The notes: generated by a model from the sequence alone, not told the origin. Shown: positions 14,212 through 27,165, numbered from the whole stretch's first letter. The stretch: 63,921 bases of DNA, filler included, from Octopus bimaculoides (GCF_001194135.2; 7 parts of 6 records of this genome joined end to end with filler, not necessarily neighbours in it), one strand, 5' to 3'. A program made the numbers and translations.

Positions 14212-14278
<67 letters not shown>

Positions 14279-15002
14279 ATGTATATCTTTGTATATATGC
14301 TGTCTTCACAGCCTTCCTTCGTTCCTGAAATCTTTCATTTTCTGTGGAATACCGAAACAAGAGGTGCTTATAAAATTGTTTTAAAAAATGTTCTCACATT
14401 ACTTAGCATTATATAAAGACGACAACTTTCGTCAGAGTATCTTACCCTCATGGTACAGACCGCTCAGCAAGAAATCGAGAGATGTAGTATTCGAGTTTTG
14501 GTGGAAATTTGCTGGTCACTTTATTCCGTCTTCCAAACGGTATTTTACCCGATTTTCTAAGCTGTCTTCATAGCCTTCTTACGTTCCTGAATTCTTTTTA
14601 TTTCCGTAGAATACCGACTCACTCTGCACTTGTAAGCTTGTTCACAATATATATATACGTATACGTATGTAAACTATTCACGCTTGTTCGATGAAAGCCG
14701 ATCAAGAGAGCGAAGAAATTCGAATAGTGAAAGTAAAAAGTACAAACCTAGAAAGAGAAAGAATATATACATATACATATATACATATGTGTGTGCAGAT
14801 AAGAAATATTGTACCGTGTTGACTGTTTCTCTGCTTGGTTTGAAATTCATATCAATAAAAATAATCTGACCGTAAATGTCTTACACGAACACTTCACTAG
14901 TTTTGTTGTTAGGCTTGTTTGTTGTTCTTGTAAATATCCTTTGAATGTGTTGTTACTTTTTTGTTCGTGGTGGTGCTGCTAGTGCAGTGTATATTTTTTT
15001 AA

Positions 15003-15080
15003 CATCTACAATTATTATAATTTTTTTATCATCTACAATTATTATAATTTTTTTATCATCTACAATTATTATTATTTTTT
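15003..15080. repeat. 27-bp minisatellite, about 3 copies
   Basis: catctacaattattataatttttttat at 15003, 15030, 15057. Confidence 0.9.
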
Positions 15081-15100
15081 TAATATTATCATTATTTTTC

Positions 15101-15200
15101 TTATTACTACCGTTACAATTAAACCTTATTACTACCGTTACAATTAAACCTTATTACTACCGTTACAATTAAACCTTATTACTACCGTTACAATTAAATC
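15101..15200. repeat. 25-bp minisatellite, 4 copies
   Basis: ttattactaccgttacaattaaacc at 15101, 15126, 15151, 15176. Confidence 0.95.
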
Positions 15201-15319
15201 TTATTACTAATACAGCAGAACCTCGGTTTTCGAACAACTCTGACCAAGAATAGCTCGTACTTTATCCTGTCTTTCTCATATTCATTTAATACAGTAGTTC
15301 CTCGGTTTACGAACGTATT

Positions 15320-15500
15320 TTTTTTCCTTTCCTTGTTTCTCTCCTTGTTTCTTTCTGTGTTCCTTTCTGTTGAAGAGCGCAGGCTCGAAACGTTCAAGAC
15401 TTTCTCTATTCCCGAGCGTTATACTAATACATCCATTTGTTGTTTACACCACCTGTCATCGTCGGCGGTTGTTTTCTCGTGAATTCTCCCATATCTATCT
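15320..15500 (+). mobile_element. Solo Penelope-like pLTR fragment containing a hammerhead-like motif (15363-15398)
   Basis: Same sequence as the segment adjoining the PLE RT at 22619-22855; other copies at 40750-40915, 44660-44800 and, truncated, 46450-46520. Confidence 0.7.
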
Positions 15501-16856
15501 ACCTATCTATCTATCTTAAAATGTCGATAATTTACCCATCACACGCTGAATATATATATATATATATATATATANNNNNNNNNNNNNNNNNNNNNNNNNN
15601 NNNNNNNNNNNNNNNNNNNNNNNNNNNNNNNNNNNNNNNNNNNNNNNNNNNNNNNNNNNNNNNNNNNNNNNNNNNNNNNNNNNNNNNNNNNNNNNNNNNN
15701 NNNNNNNNNNNNNNNNNNNNNNNNNNNNNNNNNNNNNNNNNNNNNNNNNNNNNNNNNNNNNNNNNNNNNNNNNNNNNNNNNNNNNNNNNNNNNNNNNNNN
15801 NNNNNNNNNNNNNNNNNNNNNNNNNNNNNNNNNNNNNNNNNNNNNNNNNNNNNNNNNNNNNNNNNNNNNNNNNNNNNNNNNNNNNNNNNNNNNNNNNNNN
15901 NNNNNNNNNNNNNNNNNNNNNNNNNNNNNNNNNNNNNNNNNNNNNNNNNNNNNNNNNNNNNNNNNNNNNNNNNNNNNNNNNNNNNNNNNNNNNNNNNNNN
16001 NNNNNNNNNNNNNNNNNNNNNNNNNNNNNNNNNNNNNNNNNNNNNNNNNNNNNNNNNNNNNNNNNNNNNNNNNNNNNNNNNNNNNNNNNNNNNNNNNNNN
16101 NNNNNNNNNNNNNNNNNNNNNNNNNNNNNNNNNNNNNNNNNNNNNNNNNNNNNNNNNNNNNNNNNNNNNNNNNNNNNNNNNNNNNNNNNNNNNNNNNNNN
16201 NNNNNNNNNNNNNNNNNNNNNNNNNNNNNNNNNNNNNNNNNNNNNNNNNNNNNNNNNNNNNNNNNNNNNNNTATATATGCATATATATATATATATATAT
16301 ACATACATGCGTACATATAAATACATATGAATATAGATGTGTGCATATGTGGATATGGGTATTTATTTGTGCGCAGGCGCAAACAACCACTTTCACTCAC
16401 ACGCATACATATTTTCTAAGAGCAGAAACACCACGCACCAAAGTATTTTGTATGTGTATTTATAGCTATATATAAGTATGTAAGTATGTATGTTTGCTTG
16501 CATTTATGTATGTATATATGTATGTATGAATATATGTATATACTAATGTGTGTATGTATGCGAATATATATGTGTGTGTGTATATATATATGTATATATG
16601 TATATATACGTATGTATGTTTATATGTATGGATATATGCATATGTATATATATATGCATATGTAAATATATACATATATATGCGTATATACATACATACA
16701 AATATACACATGAAACACATGCGAACACCCCCGCACAGACAGACACACAGACACACGCACATGCACACACATATCCATATACGGACTTGCGCTCACACTT
16801 TGTGACATACAAGTGCAGACCTTCTCTCAGAATTACACACCTGTCCACATACATAA

Positions 16857-16901
<45 letters not shown>

Positions 16902-17081
16902 TACATGCATTCATTCATTCACACAAACAGACAGACAGAAAGATTTAACGTGATGCTGGGGCTGAACTCGTCACTCATTATTTTGGTAATCAGCTTCCGG
17001 GATTCCTATTGAGTGATTTCCTTCCTGTTGGAGGGACAGCATTGCAATGGCGCATATTGGGACACAAAATATAAAACTCAC

Positions 17082-17142
<61 letters not shown>

Positions 17143-17510
17143 GTGGCAACATAGACATTTCCTACCCGCAAAACGTTACAATTATTCTTTTGTTTTCTCC
17201 ATCACTTTATACCCCAGGGTGGTATCTTGTATATTGACCAATGTTTCCTGTCTAATAATACCGTCTAAATTTAGAATTTTCGATTTTTGCTACAAATATT
17301 TCTGAAAATATTCTTATATGTTCTACTTTTTTTTTAATGTTTTATTATTATTTTAAATTATTATTTTATTATTTGTATGTAGCATTTTTTCTAGCCGAAG
17401 GACCTTCCAGAATTTCTCTTCATTCCTTTTTTTCCTATAACGTTATACGTTTTCTAACTCATGCATATATTGTGCAGAATTATGTATACATGTATATCGC
17501 ACATATATAT

Positions 17511-17544
<34 letters not shown>

Positions 17545-17809
17545 NNNNNNNNNNNNNNNNNNNNNNNNNNNNNNNNNNNNNNNNNNNNNNNNNNNNNNNN
17601 NNNNNNNNNNNNNNNNNNNNNNNNNNNNNNNNNNNNNNNNNNNNNNNNNNNNNNNNNNNNNNNNNNNNNNNNNNNNNNNNNNNNNNNNNNNNNNNNNNNN
17701 NNNNNNNNNNNNNNNNNNNNNNNNNNNNNNNNNNNNNNNNNNNNNNNNNNNNNNNNNNNNNNNNNNNNNNNNNNNNNNNNNNNNNNNNNNNNNNNNNNNN
17801 NNNNNNNNN

Positions 17810-17843
<34 letters not shown>

Positions 17844-18154
17844 TGCATACAGATAGATAGATAGATACATAGATAAATGTTTATGTATTTAATAAGTAGG
17901 TATATCACATATATGCTTACGTGTGTGTGTGTGTATACTGTGTATATATACACACGTGTGTGCGCGTGAAAATTATAAAATAGTAAATGTTTATTTTTGT
18001 TGCAATGACTATGCAGATAAAGACTATCTTTATGCGTTCGTATATCAATGCATATGTGTGTGTGTATGTGCGTATAAATATAAGTATATGTGCGTGTATA
18101 TTTGTATATATGTATATATTATATGACATGTATATATATGCATATATGCAATAC

Positions 18155-18210
<56 letters not shown>

Positions 18211-19169
18211 NNNNNNNNNNNNNNNNNNNNNNNNNNNNNNNNNNNNNNNNNNNNNNNNNNNNNNNNNNNNNNNNNNNNNNNNNNNNNNNNNNNNNNNNNN
18301 NNNNNNNNNNNNNNNNNNNNNNNNNNNNNNNNNNNNNNNNNNNNNNNNNNNNNNNNNNNNNNNNNNNNNNNNNNNNNNNNNNNNNNNNNNNNNNNNNNNN
18401 NNNNNNNNNNNNNNNNNNNNNNNNNNNNNNNNNNNNNNNNNNNNNNNNNNNNNNNNNNNNNNNNNNNNNNNNNNNNNNNNNNNNNNNNNNNNNNNNNNNN
18501 NNNNNNNNNNNNNNNNNNNNNNNNNNNNNNNNNNNNNNNNNNNNNNNNNNNNNNNNNNNNNNNNNNNNNNNNNNNNNNNNNNNNNNNNNNNNNNNNNNNN
18601 NNNNNNNNNNNNNNNNNNNNNNNNNNNNNNNNNNNNNNNNNNNNNNNNNNNNNNNNNNNNNNNNNNNNNNNNNNNNNNNNNNNNNNNNNNNNNNNNNNNN
18701 NNNNNNNNNNNNNNNNNNNNNNNNNNNNNNNNNNNNNNNNNNNNNNNNNNNNNNNNNNNNNNNNNNNNNNNNNNNNNNNNNNNNNNNNNNNNNNNNNNNN
18801 NNNNNNNNNNNNNNNNNNNNNNNNNNNNNNNNNNNNNNNNNNNNNNNNNNNNNNNNNNNNNNNNNNNNNNNNNNNNNNNNNNNNNNNNNNNNNNNNNNNN
18901 NNNNNNNNNNNNNNNNNNNNNNNNNNNNNNNNNNNNNNNNNNNNNNNNNNNNNNNNNNNNNNNNNNNNNNNNNNNNNNNNNNNNNNNNNNNNNNNNNNNN
19001 NNNNNNNNNNNNNNNNNNNNNNNNNNNNNNNNNNNNNNNNNNNNNNNNNNNNNNNNNNNNNNNNNNNNNNNNNNNNNNNNNNNNNNNNNNNNNNNNNNNN
19101 NNNNNNNNNNNNNNNNNNNNNNNNNNNNNATATATATATATATAATATAGACGTTGCATTATACTGTAT

Positions 19170-19215
19170 TACGAGGTCGTATCGAAAAGTTCCCGGACTA
19201 GTTCTGTAGTATGCT
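19170..19215 (+). mobile_element. Solo mariner-type terminal inverted repeat
   Basis: TA-cgaggtcgtatcgaaaagttcccggact resembles the TIRs at 42164 and 55485. Confidence 0.45.
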
Positions 19216-21093
19216 AAATAGTTTCAGATACGAACAGACGAGACGAACTACTGGTAAAAGCAAACACATTACTTTAAAAGCAGAAATATGTCAAAAGGTT
19301 AAGAAATCAAGCTCTAATCACAGCAAAAGAAATATCAGTCACTCACAAACGAAAATAGAAATATTCCATTTGAAATCACACTTAATCCTATGAACCACAA
19401 CGTACTATATTTAGCCAAACGCTACCTCTCATTTCTACATCAATCATCAAATCTCCGGCAAATAATTACAAAAATCACAAATCATCGACAGCTGAAGACA
19501 GCCACCAAATCTCAAGAGACTTTTAAGAAAATTGCTCCATGCAGTAAAGATCTAAGCATTGTGCAAATGGAAAATTGAAAATGTTCCACTATTACAAAAT
19601 AAAAGATTTTTTAAAAAAATCAACTACAAAAGGCAAAATAAGAAAACACTATAAGAATTCAAAATCCGAAATTAAACCAAAAATGGTCAACGTTTAACAT
19701 AATCAGCATTTTAAATATTCCCCTTTAACAAAATATTAGAAAAAAATGAGCAGCTACGAAAGGCAAAAGGGAAGAGTTGAAATGGATACGAAATTTACAA
19801 CTAAATAAGAATTACTTAACATCATTAAAAAGGAAAAGATAAAAAAAAAACCTCCTCGTTACGCTTCAGCACTGAAAGCGTTTATTTCAAAAGTTAAAAG
19901 ACGAATTCCCTGACACCAAAATGCACGCTAGATATAAAACACACACTATATACGAACTTCTACGAAAATTAGTTACGTTCCCTAAAATTAAAGAATTTTA
20001 AAAAATAGTTAACAACTTTTAAAAAGAACATTTTCTAACTNNNNNNNNNNNNNNNNNNNNNNNNNNNNNNNNNNNNNNNNNNNNNNNNNNNNNNNNNNNN
20101 NNNNNNNNNNNNNNNNNNNNNNNNNNNNNNNNNNNNNNNNNNNNNNNNNNNNNNNNNNNNNNNNNNNNNNNNNNNNNNNNNNNNNNNNNNNNNNNNNNNN
20201 NNNNNNNNNNNNNNNNNNNNNNNNNNNNNNNNNNNNNNNNNNNNNNNNNNNNNNNNNNNNNNNNNNNNNNNNNNNNNNNNNNNNNNNNNNNNNNNNNNNN
20301 NNNNNNNNNNNNNNNNNNNNNNNNNNNNNNNNNNNNNNNNNNNNNNNNNNNNNNNNNNNNNNNNNNNNNNNNNNNNNNNNNNNNNNNNNNNNNNNNNNNN
20401 NNNNNNNNNNNNNNNNNNNNNNNNNNATATATATATATATATATGTATGTATGTATGTATATATACACATACATTCATACATATATTTATATATCCCTTT
20501 CGTCGTATACCGAATTTTCGAAAAGCGCGTTAAGTAATTAACAATTTTAAATAAATCACTTTCTTACAAATTATACAGAAGTGTTTGAAGCGATAATTAT
20601 ATTTAGAATTATCACAATTTAAAATCAACTAATTAGACGAGTGAGTGTATGTGTGTATGTGTTTCTCTGTGTGCGCGTGTGTGTGTTGTTGTTGTTGTTT
20701 TTGTTGACTTTTAATGTGATTCTTGTGAAATATTATTCATTATTGGTGCAGATTTGGTTCTCAGGTTAGAAATTCTAATTTTGTTAGCGTATTAAACAAG
20801 AATTTTTGAAAATGCTCCTTTCCAGGACCCCATCTATGCAAATGAGAATATTTTTCGTTGTCAAAAAAAAAAAAAAACCAAAAAAAAATCCAGAAAAAAC
20901 AGAAAAAAGTTTTCAAGCTAAAACAGGTAAAACAAAACTGATAACGTTTTCCTACAAAATAAAACTATTTAGGATCAAACATAAAAAAAGCAGCTAATGG
21001 TTCGGTCCGGCTATGTAATAAAACATCCTGAGTGATGTTGACATTACAGAAGTTGGTTATGCAACATACTTTAATTAAATTTCTTATTTACAG

Positions 21094-21165
21094 GAGCGGA
21101 GCGTGGCTATTATATTCTGATGTTTATCGAATCTTAATCAATGAGACTGCTATGATAAACAACAA
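21094..21165 (+). CDS. Candidate 72-nt symmetric (phase 2-2) exon
   Basis: Acceptor ttaattaaatttcttatttacag, weaker donor AA|gtatac; one frame open (SGAWLLYSDVYRILINETAMINN). Confidence 0.2.
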
Positions 21166-21478
21166 GTATACGAGACAATTATATTTCTTCTGAAATCATG
21201 GTATTCTGATGCGCGTTAGACTTTATCCTGGTTTGATGAAGTTTCAAAGCTTAATGAAATCTAAGCGTTTTGTCAAAGGGAAAAAGACCATGTTCACCTG
21301 ATAAATACCAGTTTTTCGCGTAGTGAATACGCTTCAGGTATAGGGTCCTAAAAATGAAGAAGCACCTTCATCCCTTATTTAAAACAGGTGATAATGAATA
21401 GTTGACGAACTATACTTATCTATCTCTCTAAACTATCTATCTATCTATCTATCTATCCAACAATATAACTTCTCTCTT

Positions 21479-21594
<116 letters not shown>

Positions 21595-22002
21595 CATACA
21601 TACATATAAATATATACATAGAGCTATATACATATATATACATAGCTCTATATGTAGACAGACAGGCAGACAGATAGATAGATAGATAAATAATATGTTT
21701 GAGAATATATATATATATACATATATATACATAAATATTCACATATGTTTATATATAAGTGCGTTTATACATACACACATGCATGTGTGTGTGTGCGTGT
21801 GTGTGTGTATATGTGTGTGTGTGTGAAAACTTGCATAAATGCATGCATGAATTTATACGTTAGAGTTGATGCATTCCAGTTTAAAAAAAAAAAAGCATGT
21901 TTACAGAGGTATGTCATCTGGCAAAATTCATGGGATATCATGCTAGCGACCATTCTGTTCAACTTCTGGGTCACATCGTATATTCTCACATCATTATATA
22001 TA

Positions 22003-22102
22003 NNNNNNNNNNNNNNNNNNNNNNNNNNNNNNNNNNNNNNNNNNNNTTAATTAATTAANNNNNNNNNNNNNNNNNNNNNNNNNNNNNNNNNNNNNNNNNN
22101 NN
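22003..22102. other. Artificial 100-bp scaffold spacer N44-TTAATTAATTAA-N44 (12-mers also at 35938, 41622, 45739, 51876, 60980)
   Basis: Same 12-mer centred in N runs six times; it gives stops in all six frames. Confidence 0.95.
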
Positions 22103-22618
22103 GTGTGTTTGTAGTGGATGGAGGTGGTGAGAGTGGAATGATGAATGCTGACCGAAATGTCAAGAAAGGAGACAGAGGTGTCAGAGATAGTGCAGGAGAA
22201 GTGGAGGGCAGGATGGAAAGATTTGACAAAAGAGAGGAAAGAGTTTAGATGTCCGCGGGAGAGTGAGATCGCACCGATACAGTCGTCAATATAACGGCCG
22301 TATAGTTCGGGAGTGGGACCAGTGAAACGGCCGTATAGTTCGGGAGTGGGACCAGTGAAACTTGAGAATATTTGGGCCTCAACGTAGCCAACGAACAGGT
22401 TCGCATAGTTGGGGCCCATTCTCGTTCCCATGGCCACTCCCGAGATGCTGGTAGAAATCACCAGCAAACGAGAAGCAGTTGAGTGAGAGGATAAGTTCGG
22501 CCAGACGAACGAGTGTGGATGTGTCAGGTTGGGGGTTGAGTCGAAGGTCAAGGAATTGTTGGAGTGCATGCAGCCCCTCGTGGTGAGGGATCACTATGTA
22601 AACGCTCTGGATGAGACA
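22103..22618 (-). mobile_element. Penelope-like element (Neptune-type) reverse transcriptase fragment, decayed
   Basis: IQSVYIVIPHHEG...GVAMGTRMGPNYANLFVGYVE...YGRYIDDCIG...SVSFLDISV; frameshift near 22460; 33-bp internal duplication (FTGPTPELYGR x2). Confidence 0.9.
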
Positions 22619-22851
22619 GGTGGTGTAGACAACAAACAAATGTATTAGATTAACGCTCGGGAATTGAAAAAGTCTTTAACGTTTCGAGCCTACGCTCTTC
22701 CACAGAAAGGAGCACAGACAGAAACAAGGAGAAAAAATAAAGAATGTGTAGTGGCTAGCGATCTATCATGGCGAATGCCGGATAGAAGGGTCACACAGGA
22801 GAGCTAGGAAGAGGGGGAGATAATAGAGTAGTAGTGATCCCAAAACGAAGG

Positions 22852-22855
<4 letters not shown>
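22619..22855 (-). mobile_element. PLE pLTR directly 5' of the truncated RT, with hammerhead motif at 22674-22709
   Basis: Same strand as the RT, abutting it, and bounded by (TA)/(TG) repeats. Confidence 0.7.
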
Positions 22856-22908
<53 letters not shown>

Positions 22909-23664
22909 TGTATATCAAGAAGATTACAGATACAACTATATTGTCTTCAGTTTTGAAGATTAATCCTGTAGTCGAATATACNNNNNNNNNNNNNNNNNNN
23001 NNNNNNNNNNNNNNNNNNNNNNNNNNNNNNNNNNNNNNNNNNNNNNNNNNNNNNNNNNNNNNNNNNNNNNNCTACGACAGCCTTTCCGAACGACTGAATC
23101 TATAAGGTTGATTCAATATTCGGAATACTTCAGGGATCCAATACATTGGAAATTAAGCAAATTACAATGATTAAATTGAAATAGCAGCGGTAAATGGACA
23201 GACTTACTTCATTTATGTCGGTTGTTAATTAATAGGCATGGCGTTCCATTTCTCTCTTTCTATGCATTAAATTCGCCATGCAAATAAAATGTGCTTAATC
23301 ATTATTTTTTTTTTTCGTATAAGATTGGTTGAACGGATCAGATAAGTAATAAATATATTACAGACACAAAAATGCTAGCTGCACCCATCAAAACTAATCA
23401 GGATTTTTAAACAACTGTCAAATTTTTTTTTATTGCGTGTACAGTTTTTTAAAAATTATTTTAGCCTTATGCTTGCATTCAGCAAAATTAGAACATAAAT
23501 AACAAATTCAAAATCTATATGGTCACATTTTCAACAAGAGACTACACAAATCAAATTCACATTGTATTATATTAGAGTATCAAGAGAGAATATATTCACA
23601 CAAATATATACGCACATACATGTATGTGTGTGTGTATAGGTATTCTTTTCTTTTACTTGTTTCA

Positions 23665-24125
23665 ATGGCTGTGTGGTAAGTAACTTGCTTACCAACCACA
23701 TGGCTCCGGGTTCAGTCCCACTGCGTGGCACCTTGAGCAAATGTCTTCTACTATAGCCTCGGGCCGACCAAAGCCTTGTGAGTGGATTTGGTAGACGGAA
23801 ACTGAAAGAAGCCCGTCGTATATATGTATATGTTTGTGTATCTGAGTTTGTCCCCCCCCCCATCACGTTCCTCCGTGGACGATAAAACCAGTACTAGTCG
23901 TATATTTGAGTCATACGAAGGCGACAAACTGGTATACATTGTACGAAAGGATTAGCGGCATTTCATCCAGCTCTTTACACTCTGAGTTCAAATTCAGCCG
24001 ACGTCAATTTTGCCTTTCATACTTTCGGGATCTATAAAAGAAGTACCGGTTGTGAACTGGCGTCGATGTAATCGACTTAAACCACTTTTCTTAAGATTGC
24101 TGGCCTTGTGCCAAGATTAGAAAGA
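23665..24125 (+). mobile_element. SINE family A (23665-23875) and family B (23945-24125)
   Basis: ggctgtgtggtaag...ggttcagtcccactgcgtggcacc head; family B ctgagttcaaatt...gtcgatgtaatcgactt. Confidence 0.85.
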
Positions 24126-24176
24126 ATATTCGAGTCCAAAGAAAAACAACAACAATAGTGCTACTTAGCTATTTAC

Positions 24177-24305
24177 ACTTTAGCGTACAGTCTAACCCTA
24201 AACCGTAACCTAATTTTAATCGCAACCCTAAACCCTAATCCTAACCCAGATCAGGTCATTTCACGGCGTAAACTACGGATACTGCTATAGACCATACGCT
24301 AAAGT
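24177..24305. mobile_element. Small MITE-like element with 18-bp TIRs and telomere-like internal repeats
   Basis: actttagcgtacagtcta / tagaccatacgctaaagt (16/18 match); degenerate CCCTAA units at 24192-24247. Confidence 0.55.
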
Positions 24306-24606
24306 AACAAGAAACAGATTATATGCCCCTCACCCTAATGCTTCTGTCAGAAGTAAATATTTTGTTGAGGCTAATTAAAAGACCAGTCGACTGCTGGATT
24401 CGATATAATCTATTATAATTCCATTTACATCTAGGACGCCCCATAAGAATCGATCTTAAAGTACTCCGTTGTTCCAATGTATAAAAGCAACAATGAAGGC
24501 AGAGATAAAAGTGTTCTTTTTATAATATTTCGTCCATCTACAAATCTAAGTTCAAATCTGGTTTACTTCAAAGTTGATTTTGTTCTTTCATTTCTCTTGA
24601 ACGTTG

Positions 24607-24716
24607 AAATAATTAACAGCAATGCGTATAAAATGATTAACGGCATAGCGTATAAAATAATTGACATTAATGCGTACGAAATAATTGGCAGTAATGCATG
24701 TAAAATAATTGAGAGT
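24607..24716. repeat. Degenerate 24-bp minisatellite, about 4.5 copies
   Basis: Units of the form aatgcgtataaaatgattaacggc at 24621, 24645, 24669, 24693. Confidence 0.8.
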
Positions 24717-26144
24717 AAAAGCGTTTAGGCTGATGCAAACGAGTATACAATTAATTTACAACATTCTGAGTATATTTGTGTGTGTGGGTGTGTTTGCATG
24801 TGTGGGTGTGTTGGCATATGTGTGCACATATACATTATTATATATTCATAAATGGGTTCCTGTCTTCCATTCCCCTCTACATAAAGACAGGCAGACAGAC
24901 GACATGACAGAAAGATAGATAGAGAAATGGTAGATAGACAGATCGATAGTTAGATAGATAGATAGATAGATAAACAGAAAGAAAGATGAATAGATAGTTA
25001 TCCAGACAAACAGAAAGACATATCTAGACAAACTGATAGACCGACAGGCAGACAGACAAATAGATTGACAGTGATAGATCTCAAAATTATTTATTCAGGG
25101 TAACATTGTTCAGATCAGTTATGATATAATGCTCAAAGTATTTACACAAAGGGTAAACATATTTTATCAAAAGAGTGAATCCAACAAAAGGCGTTTCATT
25201 TCGTTTGAGATCATGTTTCGAACGAAACAAAACGCATTTGTTTAGGCGCACTACTTTAATAAAAATACACACAACTATACACATTTATGCATACATTCAT
25301 ACATACTTACTTACACATCCATCCATAGACAGATAGATAGATAGATAGATAGATATCCATATATAGACATACTTGCATACATTTATGGGCGTTTACACGA
25401 AGAAAATTAGAGGCGCCAAACTCAACCGATTTCTACAATATCCGTGACAAATCACATGGGTCGCGGATATTTTCAGTTTGTCGTCTGATGTTTGCTTAGT
25501 TTAAACTGAGCGCAAAACTTAAGGAAATTACGATGTATTATCACTAACAGACTATATCATGCATCATTCATATATAAGTACATACATATAAATACATACA
25601 TACGCATGTGTGTGTGTGTAGCTATGTATATAATATAATGTATTTGATATTATGTATGTATATATATATTTCATTGTGCAAATCTATCAAGCTTTTCTAA
25701 CAGATTTCCATTTCTGACGGATTATGAAGAGAGTATTCGTGAATGAGAGATAGTAGCTGCTTTACTCGGTCATTATTTACATTATATAACAACAATCAAA
25801 CTAATGAGGTAGTCTTCATGCGGTCGTTCGACCCACTAGAAATAGCTGTCGAATTCTTGCAAATTGTATTCCGTTTTCTTAAAAACGAGGGAGACGGTAG
25901 GATAAGCTGGAGAAAGTAGTCTTAGGTTTGTATAGTCAAAATGATCACAGCTGGAATGACTTTCATCATTGATTTTTTCGAGTAAGGCAGCCTTGGAGTT
26001 TAAACAACAACAACAACAACCACAAACGTATGTTCGTACATGTAGACATATACACATAGCTGACACGATGTCGAATTAATAGAAATACAGATACGTGTGA
26101 CATTGGCACCATAAATAACGAAACATTTACGTATTAAATATATT

Positions 26145-26445
26145 GGTTTCAAATTTTGGCACAAAGCCAGCAATTTCGGGGAAGTGGGTAAGTCGATTAC
26201 CTCGACTCCAGTGTTTAGCTATACTTATTTTATCGACCTCGAAAGGGATGAAAAGCAAAGTCGACCTCGGCAGAATTTGAACTCAGAACGTTAGGATGAC
26301 GAAATGCCGTTAAGCATTTTGCTCGGGATTCTAACAATTCTTTTCTACTGTAGGCACAAAACCTGAAATTTGGGGGAGGGGCAAGTCGGTTACATCGACT
26401 CCAGAACTCAACTGATACTTAATTTCCCGAAAAGATGAAAGGCAA
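26145..26445 (-). mobile_element. Two adjacent family B SINEs
   Basis: Reverse-complement family B motifs at 26145-26345 and 26350-26445. Confidence 0.8.
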
Positions 26446-27165
26446 TGTTTCTTGATAAACTTGAAGTAGATGGCATAAGAGAGCCTCCTTCATCCTCTAA
26501 TTCCCCACATGCGGCACCAACCAAAGACCTTGAAGCTAACTGGGATTTAAGTGCATTTTCTTTCATATTCGCTATTGCTTCTTGCATTTTTGGTTAGCTA
26601 GGATTCGATGGATGTATATGCTCATTTCAATTTTACAAATAGAAATCACTTCACCATTCAGTTTTGTATGAACTCTTGTTTTACAGTTTGTATCAACACA
26701 CTTCCAATAGACCTTGCCTCCATATTTTCTTTCTTGCCTATAAATAAAGTTAGAGTTGTCTACGAGCTTATCACAACCTCTGCTGCTTTTAATTGTATAC
26801 GGCATCATAAGGGTTTAAGTTTCAACTTTTAAAGAAAAATAATGTAAATAATGTAAACGGTCGAGGTAACCTCTTCAAAATAAGCTTTTTGCTTTTGAAT
26901 TTTCAACATAAGCTTGTTATTTTTAAATACATGTTAAACGACTTTTCTGTTTTTAAATTAGCATTTCAGCAATTACCGAATATGACTACTGTAAATTTTA
27001 TTCCTTTACCTTATTTAATTAACGACGCGATTTCAAGTTTCTAAGCTTTACGGCAAAATGTCCTTGCAGCGAAATATCCGTACGGCGAATTTTTATGGCG
27101 AATAGCCCTACGGCCAATTGTCCTGTAGCGAATTTGTTTATGACAAATTGTCCGCTCACCATGCT
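26446..27165 (-). mobile_element. 5' part of a MULE (Mutator-like) transposon: FLYWCH zinc finger plus repeat-built terminus
   Basis: SSRGCDKLVDNSNFIYRQ...VYWKCVDTNCKTRVHT; after a frameshift HPSNP*PKMQEAIANMKENA...MPSTSSLSRNI; about seven 15-bp units (tacggcgaaatgtcc-like) at 27045-27155. Confidence 0.75.

Noticed and set aside
14418-14450. Minus-strand CTGACGA with a small hairpin
   Set aside because: No GAAA after the stem, so not a hammerhead.
17221-17270. Strong pyrimidine tract and AG before GGILYIDQCFLSNNTV*
   Set aside because: No convincing donor and an early stop.
22047-22058. TTAATTAATTAA recurring six times inside N runs
   Set aside because: Centred in 100-bp N spacers and gives stops in all six frames: an assembly linker, not biology.
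23230-23310. Octamer ATGCAAAT and TAAT clusters suggesting an enhancer
   Set aside because: Such motifs occur by chance in AT-rich DNA and cannot be supported without conservation or chromatin data.
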